Source of the DNA: Takakia lepidozioides
Lineage: Eukaryota; Plantae; Bryophyta
Assembly: GCA_030704615.1 (NCBI GenBank)
Contig: CM060734.1
Coordinates: 21,390,001 to 21,454,000, forward strand
DNA: 64,000 bases
Reading direction: 5' to 3'
Position numbers and translations under genes: made by a program. Below are positions 24,300-36,456 of the stretch, one piece after another; position 1 is the stretch's first letter, and every line of letters begins with the position of its first letter. The notes below the pieces were generated by a model. The model was not told the origin of the DNA. It ran no database searches and saw nothing but the letters and a program-made list of their open reading frames with translations.

Positions 24300-25278
24300 T
24301 GCACAAGCCAATGACCCATGTCAAGCAATTTAGATCCATTGCTTGACCCAACACTTGGCGGCGTGATGCCTCTGACAGAGCTGGCACATCTGTAGTGCCG
24401 GTGGCAAATCCCATTGCCCGCTCTCGCTCATCCGCATTGGGCTCTATCAATTGCTGTAGTACACTGTCCCAAATCAATCCAGGACCATTGTCTCAAAAAG
24501 CATGAGACGAGGGAAAGCTCATGAGCGTAGGCAAAGCCGAACGTGGCTGCCCCACTCGATTGACCACTGCTAGAGGTGGACGGTCATCATGTCGCACCCT
24601 CTGTGGTTGTCTCTCTTGGTCCAAAATGCCCTCAACCGTGAGATGAATGGAATCGTATGCTCTCTTGAGCAGCTCTGGTGGTGCAAGATTGGTCCACCAC
24701 AATCGAGGTCGATGCGCGCGTGATCCCACCGCTGCTGCATCCAATAGCACCGCCAATCCAATCCAAGACACTTGATGCACACTGGCCATAACCCTGGCTC
24801 GAGAATCCCCCATAAGAGGAACATTCTCCAAGATATAGCCTAGAGGTTGCACTTGCCTCGTCTGCAAGTCCCGCAACACTCGCAACATCTCCCAAAACAA
24901 ATGCAATCGTGCATAATGCAAGCCATTCCCATGACCTGCGGGAGAGTGTCCTTGGCAAGACCATCCGGTTATCACCAAGTCAATGGAACCATGCCGCTGC
25001 AAATCATCCGCCCCCAGCAAGGTAATGTCTGCTGGCAAGGCCTTTTGATACCCTTGAACTGCTGAGAGAGGCAACAACTCAGGATACCGGTGTGTGAGCA
25101 AGGCAATGTGGCGCATGGAAATACGCCAAGCAATCTCATCCTTCTCCACATACAAGTACTTGCGTACTTTAATCCCTGCTTGCAACACTCCTGCAAGCCC
25201 AGTGCTCATGCCTCCAAACAGGTCTAGCAAACAAATCCCCGAATCAGGTGGTTGCCAGGTAATGGGCACTGTGTCCAA
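24300..25278 (-). pseudogene. DNMT3-like C5 cytosine DNA methyltransferase domain within pol
   Basis: Motifs I LDLFGG, II VEKD, III DIT, IV DLVITGWSCQ, VI YILENV, VIII AHRPRLWWTN, IX ERERAMGF and X RRQVLGQA, in canonical order. One in-frame TGA at 24493-24495. Confidence 0.92.
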
Positions 25279-25628
25279 AGGAGCTAACTCAAGAGGTCCA
25301 GGTGAGTCACTGAACTCCCCTCACTCACCAATGGACAGGCCTCCCACCATGCTTGGTGCACACACTCGCCTGCTACTCGATGCAAATTCCCAACCGTACC
25401 CCAAAGTGGAATATGCACAGGCACATGAGGAAGCAAATCAGCCTTGTATGCCAATTGTTTGTCCTCATCAGGTGATGGCCTATCATCTGCATGGCTATTG
25501 CCCTCCAAGAGCTCACCACCCCAAGCCACCACCCCTGAGAATGCAGCCAATGTGGGCATCATGTTCCTATGATCCACCGCTACATTCCCAATAAACCGCA
25601 CTGGGAGCAGTGCACGTCGGCCATCTCC

Positions 25629-26462
25629 TTACTGCCATTCCGGCCTGTAGGATGCCGTTTCCTCCCAAAAGTCCAAAGTAAAGCCCATGGGGTATAACAC
25701 AGCCCCACCAACAAGCATATCATAAGACATCGCGTCCGTAACAATGGCTTTAGTTCTCATGACTGAGCCGTCCGTAGGATGGTCCGGTTGCAATCGAATG
25801 AAGAGCTCATGGCGTGTAATCCCTCGTGCCTTCTCTGAACCGCCCAAAGATGTTTGAATTTGGAAAGGACAAGGCTCCAAATCCGCCTCTGTAAAGCCTA
25901 AGCCTGCAATTGCTGCTATTCCCAACATCAATGACTGTGCTCCCGAGTCCAACAAGACCCGTAGTGGCCTATACCTCTTTCCGGCTGGGCCACCCAACTG
26001 AAACACACCATCCTGATTGTCCACCAGGACTACCCCAGGAGTCACCATACTACGCTCAATGGCTGGTCTAGCTGACAACTGCAACCTTGCAGCTGCCGCT
26101 TGCCATGGTGCAGTTGTGGCTGTCTTCACCCTTGAGTCCATGACATCCATGCACTGCACATTATCCGCTATCCCCGCAGATAGTGCCGATGCATCACCAC
26201 TCTCACAGAGTCTAGCTGCTAGTCTGAACACAGCAGCTGGCCGAATCCCCGGCATTGCAATGGTCATCGCAGAAAACAATGGAGCTTGGCAAACCGCCGT
26301 AGCCGCCCCCAACAATGTACTGGCTGCACCCTGCTTTGCAGCACCACCCACTGGCATTTCCCGAGCCACACCAACTCTCCCCACTGGTACTCGTGGCTCT
26401 ACCTCTGACACACTTGGGTGAGTGGGTACCATCGATGGCATAGTTGGCACTATCTCAGCCAA
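25629..26462 (-). pseudogene. Retroviral-type aspartic protease
   Basis: VLLDSGA active-site motif and downstream YDMLVG. Confidence 0.85.
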
Positions 26463-26489
26463 TGTGAAAGACTGTGGAAGCCTTGTCTG

Positions 26490-28053
26490 TCAACTTGCTT
26501 CCCCTCTTTGTGGATCAAAATCCACATCTGCTCCTCTTGGCTCAGGAGCACGTGTTGCTACTCGAGTGACAACAGCTGCAGAGTCCACATGCAATGGTCC
26601 AGCACGTGTGGCTCCACACATGAAGCCCATACCAATCTGGTCTTCCCTAGGCATAGGCAGTTGTGCAGGTAGGGCTTGAACCTCAGGCCTTGGGGCTGAC
26701 GCCACATTAGTAGTGGCCATGGCAGCAAGACGTTGCTCTAGTTGGGCAAGCCTATCCACCATGCCTTGGTCATGACATTGACCTTGACCTTGTGCTCCTT
26801 GGTTTTGGTTACGACCTCCACCGCGACCTCTGCCTCCTCTATCTCTCTGGACTACATTGTCTCGTCCTCGGCCACCATTGCTCCCTTGGAACTGGCCTGG
26901 CCGTAGCTCAGGATGCAAGTCATAACAATGGGCCTCTTCATGCCCATACTTGCCACAATGCCCACACTGTAGTTGTGTAGGCTGTGCCTGTGCCGGCCTT
27001 TTGCCTCTCTCCGGGCAATCTCTCTTAACATGGGGTCCTCCACAATCCCAACATGTCACACCCGACTGTTGTTGGCCTGAGAATGAAGGAAGTGACCTCT
27101 GCAATTGAGATCCTCTCTGTCCTTCCCTGGGCTTTGCCTGAGCCCCCTTGTTGCCTTGAGCACGTCGGGGTAGTGGTCGTTGTTGGCTAGGAGCCCCACT
27201 TCATTGCGTCTCCTTACCAAACCCCACCATGACCACTCGCTCCTCCACCATATTGAGCTCTATCCGCTCTGCCAGCAAAAACACGTTTGCTAAGGTGGGT
27301 TGATCTACTTGTAGGAGAGTTGCATCCCGCACCCTTCTCCTTAGCTCTTTGTCCAATATCCCATACCAGAATTGGACTGCTTGAGCTTCCGTAACCCCTT
27401 GGGTTACATTTATCAATCGCCTCATGCGCGTGTAAGCCTCCCTCAAACTCTCAGTAGGCTTGCACTGGAACTCTTGCAAGCTCCGCAATTTCTCCGTCCT
27501 TATCCCCTGGTAGTTTCTCCTCAACTCCTCGAAGAACTCCACAACTGGGTTAAAGGCAGGCACGGGTGCTGGTGCTGCAGCAGGAGCTTGAGTGGATTTC
27601 CCAGCTCCATCTTTACTTGTCCCACTACTAGTGCTTGCAGTTGGGGATTGTTGGTGTAGCTACTGGTATCGCCGCTGCCCTTGTGCCTCTAGTGATGGAG
27701 ACATAGTCAGGTGACCAATATTGTCGCCACTCCTCAATCTCCACCTCATTTCCCCGCCTAAACTCATGGTAGTCATCCATAGGCGGCCCCTCAAGGTGCT
27801 GAAACAGCCTCTTCCACGCCATAAAAGGCGTAAACAGTTGTGGATTGCGCATCTGCTGCAAATCACACCAACTATCAAACTCCTGTATGAAATCATCAAG
27901 CTCGATGGTGCCCACAGCTCCCGAGTACCGACGTGGTCCCTTGGTAGCTCCATACATTTCCTCCATTGTATCCCACAACAATGAAACGGAAATGGCTTGC
28001 ACCCTCGGCGAGAATCCTCCTAACTCTGAGTCTGAACCTTCCTTAGAAGACAC
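26490..28053 (-). pseudogene. gag: Gag of the DNMT retrotransposon
   Basis: Capsid-like ORFs 27628-28053 and 27201-27563 (L..FQ....ESLREAY.RM..L); zinc knuckles CWDCGGPHVKRDC and CGHCGKYGHEEAHC. Confidence 0.85.
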
Positions 28054-28860
28054 TGAAGGTTAAGGTGGCCTAAACCACACACCTCGTCTTGTATACCCAC
28101 TAGTATCGCTGGTGCTCGTACCGGCACTCTCCTCAGCAACTGGTGGCACCTCCGTGATGAAAACTCACACTCAAACCGGCTATCAGCTTGTCTCTAATCC
28201 CCATTTCCACGAGGTAACCGGGTAGAGAACCTGGTGCAGCTTATGGTTTGGAATACTAGGTTCCTATTCTGAACCTGCACTTGCACCTACATCCACCGCA
28301 GGCACTCCTATGGTCTGCTGGTCATCAACCCAGCCTCACATAAGATAAACAATGATGGTCTGCTGGTCATTACCCCAGCCTCACCACCGACAGCACGCTC
28401 TAGGATTGGCCGGCCACAATATTTCCGGCACAACCACCTATAAAAGCAAGCGCCCAAACCAAACTAGCATGGCGCACAGTCAAGCATGTATGTGTGGGAG
28501 GAGGATCCAAACACATGAAACTCAAACAACAACACCTCCCACAGCTTAAATCCATCGATCTCATTGCGGCTTCAATAAACCTGCAAGATGGCCAAGTCTC
28601 TATCCAAACCAGCTCTGCCAACGCTTACGGAAAAGCTTTGGCCTACAAGAATGATGGAAGACTATAGAGAAGGGAAGCTAAAGCAATTTCTAAGCCCAGA
28701 ATGCTCTCATCCTATTATTCCCCCTATCTTCACACTCACTCTTGCTCAAGCAATAGATAAAACTATCATTAAAGAACCTCTCAAATAACTCTCAAGAGCC
28801 CTCAAATTATTGCCATGAACTTCTGAAATCTGCCCTCAATCAGCCCCTAACATAGACCCG

Positions 28861-29585
28861 TGTCGCGGCCCTTTGCCTTGAGGGCAGGGGGTCGGGACAC
28901 ATGAGGGGCTGCCCCTGTGGTGGGGGCATCGGCAGCGATAGGTATGGGGGGCTGAAGCACCCTTGAGTGCCCAAGGCACTGAAGGAGGCGGAGGCGCTCA
29001 CTAGGTGGAGCCCCGCACACCGGGTTGCGGTGGGGGTGGCTCCACAAGGGGTGGTGGTAGCTTAGCGGGACTTAGTGGGGGTGGCATAGGACTCACCATG
29101 GGGGCGGAGACCTCGTGGTGGGAGTCGTGGGAGTCTTGGGACTCAGCACGGTCCATAGGGGCCGTGGTGAGTGGGCCAAGACTCACCGCGACTCATCACC
29201 GGGAGTCGAGGGTTTTCGTGGTGGTTCGCCATAAAATGGCATGGCTGGTTATGAAACCCCCGCGGACAGCTACAGAAGTATATATAGGGAGTAGTAACCC
29301 CGAGAACGGTGCAAGCCTGTTGGTGACCAAAAACTAGTGAGTAAGCGAGCGAGCCGGAAAGCGACCAAAGAGTGGGGAGCTGTTCCGGACTGCCATCTAC
29401 CAAAGGGAATTCCACTAGTCCCAAATAGGTGGAGGGTTTAGTGGGAAGCGAAGGGGGGACCGTTATGTCCCGGTGAGCAGCCGAAGCTCCAAGTTGGCCC
29501 GGTGGCCAGGTTGGGAGTCAGGCGCGCGCATCAAAGCGAGTAACTATGACGTGAAGGGGAGCTTACCGAAGGGAGGTGCGCGACA
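28861..29585 (-). mobile_element. Solo LTR family A inserted in the leader of the DNMT element
   Basis: TGTCGCG...CGCGACA termini; full-length reversed homologue of 52313-53049. Flanks share only CCG, so the TSD is imperfect. Confidence 0.8.
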
Positions 29586-29689
29586 CCGAGGTTCAAGAAG
29601 TTCGCAAACTTGGACTCTAAACAGTCCACCGAAAGGCCCTAGGCGCCCGCCAATTAGTGGCCTCCATGGTCTCCAACCAGCCCCCACAA

Positions 29690-30125
29690 TGGCTCCACAA
29701 GCCTGCCCAATATGGCCTCCAAGAGTCCTCCAAACAGCCCTTAAGAAGCTCCTCAAATCTGCCAAGTATTGGCCTCCAAGGACCTCCAACAGTCCTCCAA
29801 AGAGCTCTTAGAAAGTTCCATAAGTCTGCCCAATATGGGCCTCCAAGGACCTCCAACCGTCCTCCAACCAGCCCTCACAAGGCTCCACAGGCCTGCAAAA
29901 CAGTGGCCTCGAAGGACCTCAAATAGTCCTTCAAACAGCCCCAAGCAGGCTCCACAAACCTGCAAGATATTGGCTTCAATAGACTACAAATAATCCTCAA
30001 GCAGGCCCCAATACCTACAAAATATTGGCCTCAATAGACCCCAAACAGTCCTCAAGCAGGCCCCAATACCTGCAAGATATTGGCCTCAATAGACCCCAAA
30101 TAGTCCTCAAAGCAGCCCTAGAAGG
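29690..30125 (+). repeat. Degenerate ~55-65 bp tandem repeats
   Basis: Recurring ATTGGCCTC(C)AA(G/T)(G/A)GACC...AGTCCTC units. Confidence 0.75.
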
Positions 30126-30149
30126 CTCCAAAAATATCCATAGTCAGTC

Positions 30150-30660
30150 AATTTTTCATCCATCACTGACGAAATTTCATCCAAAACCGCGATTTATCAT
30201 CCGAGGTCCGATACTTCATCCGCCACGATAGTTCATCCGTCGGTGCAATATTTCATCCACTGGTGCGATTTCATCCGCTGGCGCAGTTTCATCCGTCGAC
30301 ACGATTTTTCATCCGATGGCACGATAGTTTATCCGCTGCCACGATTTCATCCGCTGACGCAGTTTCATCCGTCGCCGCGATTTTTCATCCAATAGCACGA
30401 TAGTTCATCCGCTGCCACGATTTCATCTGCTGACGTAGTTTCATCCGTCGCCACGATTTTTCATCCGATAGCGCGATAGTCCATCCGCTCACAAGATTTC
30501 ATCCACTGACGCAGTTTCATCCATCGCCGTGACTTTTCATCCAATAGCACGATAGTTCATCCGCTGACGAGATTTCATCCTCTGGCGCGGTTTCATCCAC
30601 TGCAACCGATTCTCATCCAGAAACGCCAATTTTCATCCATTGGCTCAATAGTTCATCCGA
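30150..30660 (+). repeat. ~19-21 bp period TTCATCC array
   Basis: More than 20 copies of TTCATCC(G/A) with short variable spacers. Confidence 0.85.
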
Positions 30661-31479
30661 TTGGACAGTGGTAGTGCTCCCAACTCTGGGGCAATGTTCC
30701 CACGCGTTCCTATGCGTTCCCAAGCGTTCCCAAGCTAGGGTTTGCGCCGCTTTGCCTCTGCGATTGCTGCAACGAGCTATGGGTTCTATGGAACAACCAG
30801 AGGTGCTGTTCTTGGTTTCTTGAATATCAATAGACCACCAAGAGTGCCTCTAACTCCCTGAGCAAGCTATTTGCCACACAACAAGCTCTCTTTCTCTATA
30901 GAATTTATTGAAACAAACATAGAACAAGCTATTGAGCTTTCTACGGCATACCCTCTTCTAGCCATTGTATGCACTCATAGTGCTTCCTTCCATGGCCATA
31001 GTGCACCTCTTAGAGCTCCTAATTCAGCCCTGCACTTGCCACTTCCATAGACATGCTCTTCCCAAGCTTGGGATTGAAACCCCAACTCAAAGGATGCTCT
31101 ACAAATACACTATTCTGCCCCAAAGAGAAATCAGATGTCTACCTCCACTCATAACTCTCCTAAGCTTGAAGTTGAAGACTCCCACAAGCTGAAACCATGC
31201 TCCACACATGCACCGCTTGCTTCCTTAACACCCGAGCTCTTCTTGAACTCCTCAAACCCTGCAACACTTGCAGAACAAGAACTTCTTCACAAGCTCTCAA
31301 ACTTTCCATTGGGGCTTTCCTTGAAGACCTCCTCTTGTACATAAACACCACAAAACTTTCTTCTTGCAAACCCTGCAACACCTTGTATCTTAAGAGCTAT
31401 ATATCAAGCTCTCTTCCACACACAAGTGCTAACTATGCTAACACCTTGCACTCATAGATGTAAGCAGGTCTTCTTCTAG

Positions 31480-31827
31480 TCATATGGAAATGGTGCAAAG
31501 AGGAGAAACCACTCTATCACGTTATATAAGTCAAGCCAATGACACCTTTGCTAAAAGACTCCACCATACAGATCTCACCCACTCTCCATCTCAAGTACTA
31601 GAGCTATGGCGACGAGAGAGGCCTCGGGAGGCTCGACTAGAAGAAGACGAGCCTGCCTACGTTTCACGTGGAGATAACCTCCCCACGTCCCAAGTGAGGT
31701 TCGCCACCTCACTTGGCACATGGAACCAAATGAAGTCCCAATGCCAACAAAATACAAATATAAATGTATAATGTCCTAATTAGTTAGAAATAACTATTTC
31801 TAACTAATCACAAATAAAACCATGACA
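31480..31827 (-). repeat. 5' terminal repeat B of the DNMT retrotransposon
   Basis: 348-bp near-identical reverse complement of 19759-20106; starts TGTCATGG on the minus strand and ends exactly at the B boundary. Confidence 0.88.
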
Positions 31828-32058
31828 GTCCTATGCCACCCCCACTAAGACCCACTAAGCTACCACCACCCCTCTTGGAACCACCCCACCGCAACTTGGT
31901 GTGCGGGGCTCCACCTAGTGAGCGCCTTTGCCTCCTTGAGTGCCTTGGGCACTCAAGGGTGCTTCAGCCCCCGCATCTATTGTTGCCACTGCCCCCACCA
32001 CAGGGGCAGCCCCTCTTGTGTCCCGACCCCCCTGCCCTGAAGGCAAAGGGCCGCGACA
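31828..32058 (+). mobile_element. Solo LTR family A, right half of the split copy
   Basis: Homologous to 52815-53049; ends GCCGCGACA followed by TSD CTTGG (32059-32063). Confidence 0.88.
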
Positions 32059-33810
32059 CTTGGGCAAGAATACGCTTCGCAATGGGAGCTAATGTTCTTG
32101 CACTAGCACCAATCAAATCCCACCATTCATGTGACAACATGTTGAGCTCTTTCGGATCCGACATGTTCTCAAAAGGGTCGCGGCGATCTGAGAAGCATTG
32201 GTACTCGGATATAGCTCTCTCTGCCATGTTGCCAGGAACAAGTCGCATTAGCACTCGTACGAGGCCGGCCTTGGCATCAGCATCGTCTTGGAATATGGTA
32301 TTGTTGAAACAGGGACCACATGTCAAAGAGGCACCTAAAGCCAGGCATAGCCAACATTGTATCTTCAGGTTCCAAGGAGAAGGGATGATGCCTGAGGGAT
32401 TGGACATGCTTCTCAAGATTTTGCATTAGTAACCATGTCTTGCCCATTACTGGTTGCTTTCCATCGAACTCCCACAAGACGATTAGCACCGGCTCTACCA
32501 TATAAACAAAGTTTTCATATTTCTTCCAAAAATCATCGTTGCGAATGGTGTTTCGAACCTTTCGACTTTTACCCAATGACGTGGCTTTTCTCGAGTCCCG
32601 TAATATCCGTATGTATGCCTCCCATTGAGGATCGATGAGGGTGTGCTCGAGACTGCTCTTCACCATCACCAATCTATCCACCATCAAAAAGTTAGTGGCA
32701 AAACCGGTTTCGCCTCGGTTCTGGAGGCTGTATTTGGGTTCATGCCTCCTATATATTGCCAAAGGGATGTGGTGTGTGCGGATAAACGACACAACGGTCT
32801 TCTCTCGCTTGACACGTTGTTTCATCCACTGTTCTTTTCCCCAATCTTCCAAAAAGAGGTCAAGGATATGAGTAGCACAGCCTTGATAGTACTTATGGGG
32901 ATACCGTGCCAATAACATGTCTGCAGTGTTTCTCATGTTAGCGGCATTGTCTATGCATATTTGCACGATTCTATCACTTCCGACCTGTTCGATGAAATTC
33001 GTCAATAGCTGGCATTGATAACGTCCATCTTTCTTCTCGCCGCTAGTGTCCACCGATCCCAAGAATTGTTTCCCAGCTGGACATACAAGCATGACATTGA
33101 ACAATGGTCTGTTTGTAACAGAACTCCAACCATCGGCACATATAGTGCTTTCATATTTTCTGATGCACTCGCCCGTTCTATCGTTGACATTTTGGGTAAG
33201 CTCTGTCATGACATCTTCTAGCAATGATGTGCGGAGATTGTGATAAGAAGGAGGCACGTATGTGGATCTGGATTCCGAGGTTGCTCTAACGGCAGAAACA
33301 AATGCCGGAAGCCTTGTCACATTAAACAGTATGTTGGTCTCGAAGAAAAACTGCGTCCATTTTTCATCCAATTGCATTTTCGCAGACAAGTTAATGTCAT
33401 CTTGCATGGATTGCTACCGTAATCCTCTACTCCGTTGAGTGTAGGGGTACAAAGAAGTGTTGAAGCAGGTGTTGCTCCGGCACAACCCACTTGTCCAATG
33501 ACACCTTAAGTCTCACAAGAGTCGGTCAATGCATCCTGACGGGAAGATGGAGTGTTCTGCTCAGAGGTCATGTCGCGATCCAGAGACATTGGAATATTGC
33601 CTTCACACTGGACAAAGTGGATTTTTACCCGCATAGATGTTTTAGGGATAAATCTACCCCGACGATCTTCACAATTCTATAGCCAAAGTGAGCGAGCAGC
33701 CGATCCTTACGATAAGAAAGCTTCAGTCCATATAGGTTACACTCAACACTGCCAGTGTTCGGGATTACCGTATACCAAAGGCTTCATTCCTCCCTCATCT
33801 TCATCCCATA
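32059..33810 (-). pseudogene. hAT transposase (BED finger remnant, DUF659-like core, dimerization domain), interrupted by solo LTR-A
   Basis: ICADGWS....RPL.N, FLGSVD.SG..KD, VQI..DNA, C..HILDL..ED, T.FAT.F, WW..G.....LAP.A.RILAQV. The continuation QVCSASSCKRNW lies at 20691-20728 on the + strand. Confidence 0.9.
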
Positions 33811-34194
33811 TCTACTCCTCTGGGCCCTAGTGATGTAAGCAACAAAAAACAGTGACCTATAAATGAACATGTGAATGTAGAGTGCAATGCGATAGCCCAA
33901 CACTTCTACACCTATCATCAACCCAAGTGGGTCGATGCACGTTGTAGTGTAGAGCTTATACACAATTTGTTGAAGTGGCTTTGGTAGAAGCCACAACGGC
34001 AAAAAGCCTCTTAGGCTACACTCTCATTCAATGGAAGAGAACATCCAAAGCAACCTCAAGTGTTTGCGCCAAAAGAAGTGAGGAGCTTGGTGACCCTCCT
34101 CCCTTATATATGCTTCAGGCAGGATGAAAGAGAAATGAAAGTGAAATGACAAAATGACCGACCAATAGCGCCCACCCGAAAAAGGCGGTACAAC

Positions 34195-35010
34195 CATATT
34201 TGTTATAATTTTAAAATTAAAGCGACCGCTAATACTGCAGTCGCTATTTTTATTTTTTACGAAACACAAGCGACCGCCACTATTGCAGTCGCTTTTATTT
34301 CCTTTGATTTTGTGAAATATTGCGGTTGCTTCTGTTTTGAATATTTTTAAGTTTAAGCGACCGCCATATTGTTTTTTATTTCAAAATATAATGCGACCGC
34401 CGGTATTGCGGTCGCTTGATTTGTTTATATATTTAAAATAAAGCAACTGCCAATATGGTGGTCGTTTTTATTCTTAATACTTAAAAAAAAACGCGACCGC
34501 CAGTACGGCGGTTGTTTTTAATCTTTATATTTTTAAGTTTAAGCGACCGCCAGTGTGGCGGTTGCTTTTATTTTATGTATTTTTAAATTTATGCGACCGC
34601 CAGTTTGGCGGTTGCCATTATTTTTTTATTTTAAAATAAACGACCACCATTGTGCCGGTCATTTTTATTTTCATATGTCGCTTATATTTTTTAAAATTTT
34701 AAAATAAAGCGACTACCATATGGCGGTCACTTGTTTTTTATGTATTTTTACAATCAAGCGACCGCCATATGGCGGTCGCTTGTTTTTTATATATTTACAA
34801 AATTAAGCGACCGCCAATACGGCGGTCGCTTGTTATCTTTTTTAAATTAGGCGACCGCCAATGCGACCGTCAATCTTGCTTTTATTTATTTATTTATTTT
34901 AAAGCGACCGCCATCTTACTTTTTTAATTTCGGAATATAAAGCGACTCCAGAATTGGCGGTCGCTTTCATTTTATTTATTTTCAAAATGTATTTGCCACC
35001 GCCACCGTAT
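34195..35010. repeat. AT-rich array of GCGACCGCC motifs, often as inverted pairs (probable hAT subterminal repeats)
   Basis: More than 20 AAGCGACCGCCA / GGCGGTCGC units, e.g. palindromic GCGACCGCCATATGGCGGTCGC near 34758. Confidence 0.8.
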
Positions 35011-36456
35011 CGGCGACGTGGCTGCTTAAGTGGCAGTATTTTACCCAGTATTGTTTTTACCAAAATATTTCCGGAACCTGACGTGACGCTGATAACCGAG
35101 TTGGCAACTCCAACCATGCTAAAACTTTAGAATCTATTCAGCTTTTGGTGCTCAGAGAGATGTTAGTGTGCTCTGTAACAGCCACATTGGCTGTTCAGGG
35201 CATAACACCCTTGAGCTCTCGACATAATAAGTTCAAGGTCAGATGGTGGGGTCGGTTGAATCGCAGGCCTAACCATATATGATTGTCAATACCCAACGTG
35301 TAGGGTGCTCTGAAGACAACATCCATTTTTGATACAATGTCTGGGGTATTCTCATCAGCGATCCTCTTTAGGACCATCAAGAACATAGTCCTTGCACCTC
35401 TGTATAAACAAATGAAATGCTTTAGAAAATAAATGCTAAAGCACCGCCGGAGTACGAGCACGTTGTTTTAGTTCCTGTTTTGAATTTCTCCTGTTCACTA
35501 TCCGACACAGATCACTGCTCGTCTCTCTGTGATGCGTTGGTGATGATCTCCTTTTAGCTTTTTGCTGGTTCTTCTCTGCCTCAGATCTCTCGCAGGCCTG
35601 GACCTTTGTTATTTTGTTCCTTGAGGTGCTCGTCCCCTCACACTGTTTCTGGGTGTGCTCTAATTGCATTATGGCTTATGAGGATTTCTTTCCCTCTAAC
35701 TGCCTTATGTAAAAAACAATCACTATACCCAGGTCCAATGCTAGCATATGCTGGCATACCTTGGCATTTGCCAGTGGGTAAGTTGATATTTCAAAAGACC
35801 CACCTGCCATCCTTCTCTCCTTCTCCAAGGAGAGTCTGGGCCCTCCCTTGCTTCCACTTACTTTGGTGGATTCAAAGGTTTACGTTATCCTGCAGTAGAA
35901 TGCAGTCTCTTGGAGCCCCTGGCCAATAGTGTCACGAGACAGTAGGTATTGCTGCAGTGCCACACTTGCATACAACAATCGTTCATCTCGATCTGTTGCT
36001 GCTTGGGTTAGTTTGCACCGCAAGTGAGCCAAGCACTATTAAGTTGTTTTTGGAATAGGGTCAGTTGAGTAATTAGCATGTAGAAGGTCTTACAACTACT
36101 CTCTATTTGCTGCATTTGAGGAAACAAAACCAGAGCCAAAAAAACAGCCCAAAAGCAACTACTGCTCAAGGGAGTGAAGTGGTACAAGGAAAGAATGGAA
36201 CTTTGTAATTTCCAGATGATCCCATAGGGCCCATGGAGAAAGTAGAACAACAAGAAACCCCCCATCAAAGAACAGAAGGAGATCGTTACATCTGCTGACA
36301 GCCTCTGGGTTCCTAATGAGATTTTTATTCTGGTCCTCAAAGCAAGAGATAAACTCAATGATACATGCATGTTGGCCATGATTGCATATGGCGTTTATCC
36401 CTTGCAAAGCTGTTTTGAGTTTGAGGTAACCGGATGCAGAGAGTGTCATGCTTGTA

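Larger units (their letters stand above)
19221..31827 (-). mobile_element. Ty3/Gypsy LTR retrotransposon carrying a C5 DNA methyltransferase and a PHD finger (decayed; 3' end inverted)
   Basis: Order is gag(CCHC)-PR-DNMT-RT-RH-INT-PHD on the minus strand, 28053 to 20774. Terminal repeats lie at 31480-31827 and 19672-20192. 4-bp TSD GGAC at 20193-20196 and (reverse complement) 31828-31831. Confidence 0.85.

Noticed and set aside
24300-25278. Bacterial restriction-modification methylase or contamination
   Set aside because: The domain is collinear with protease and RT, shares their decay pattern and has DNMT3-style motifs; no bacterial genes nearby.
28605-28622. TGGCAGAGC on the minus strand as a tRNA PBS
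   Set aside because: Not adjacent to an LTR end and not a good match to the iMet PBS TGGTATCAGAGC.
20193-29585. Reading the two LTR-A copies as the LTRs of the DNMT element
   Set aside because: The 20193-20689 piece is flanked by hAT sequence and shares TSD CTTGG with 31828-32058; neither copy has an adjacent PPT or PBS.
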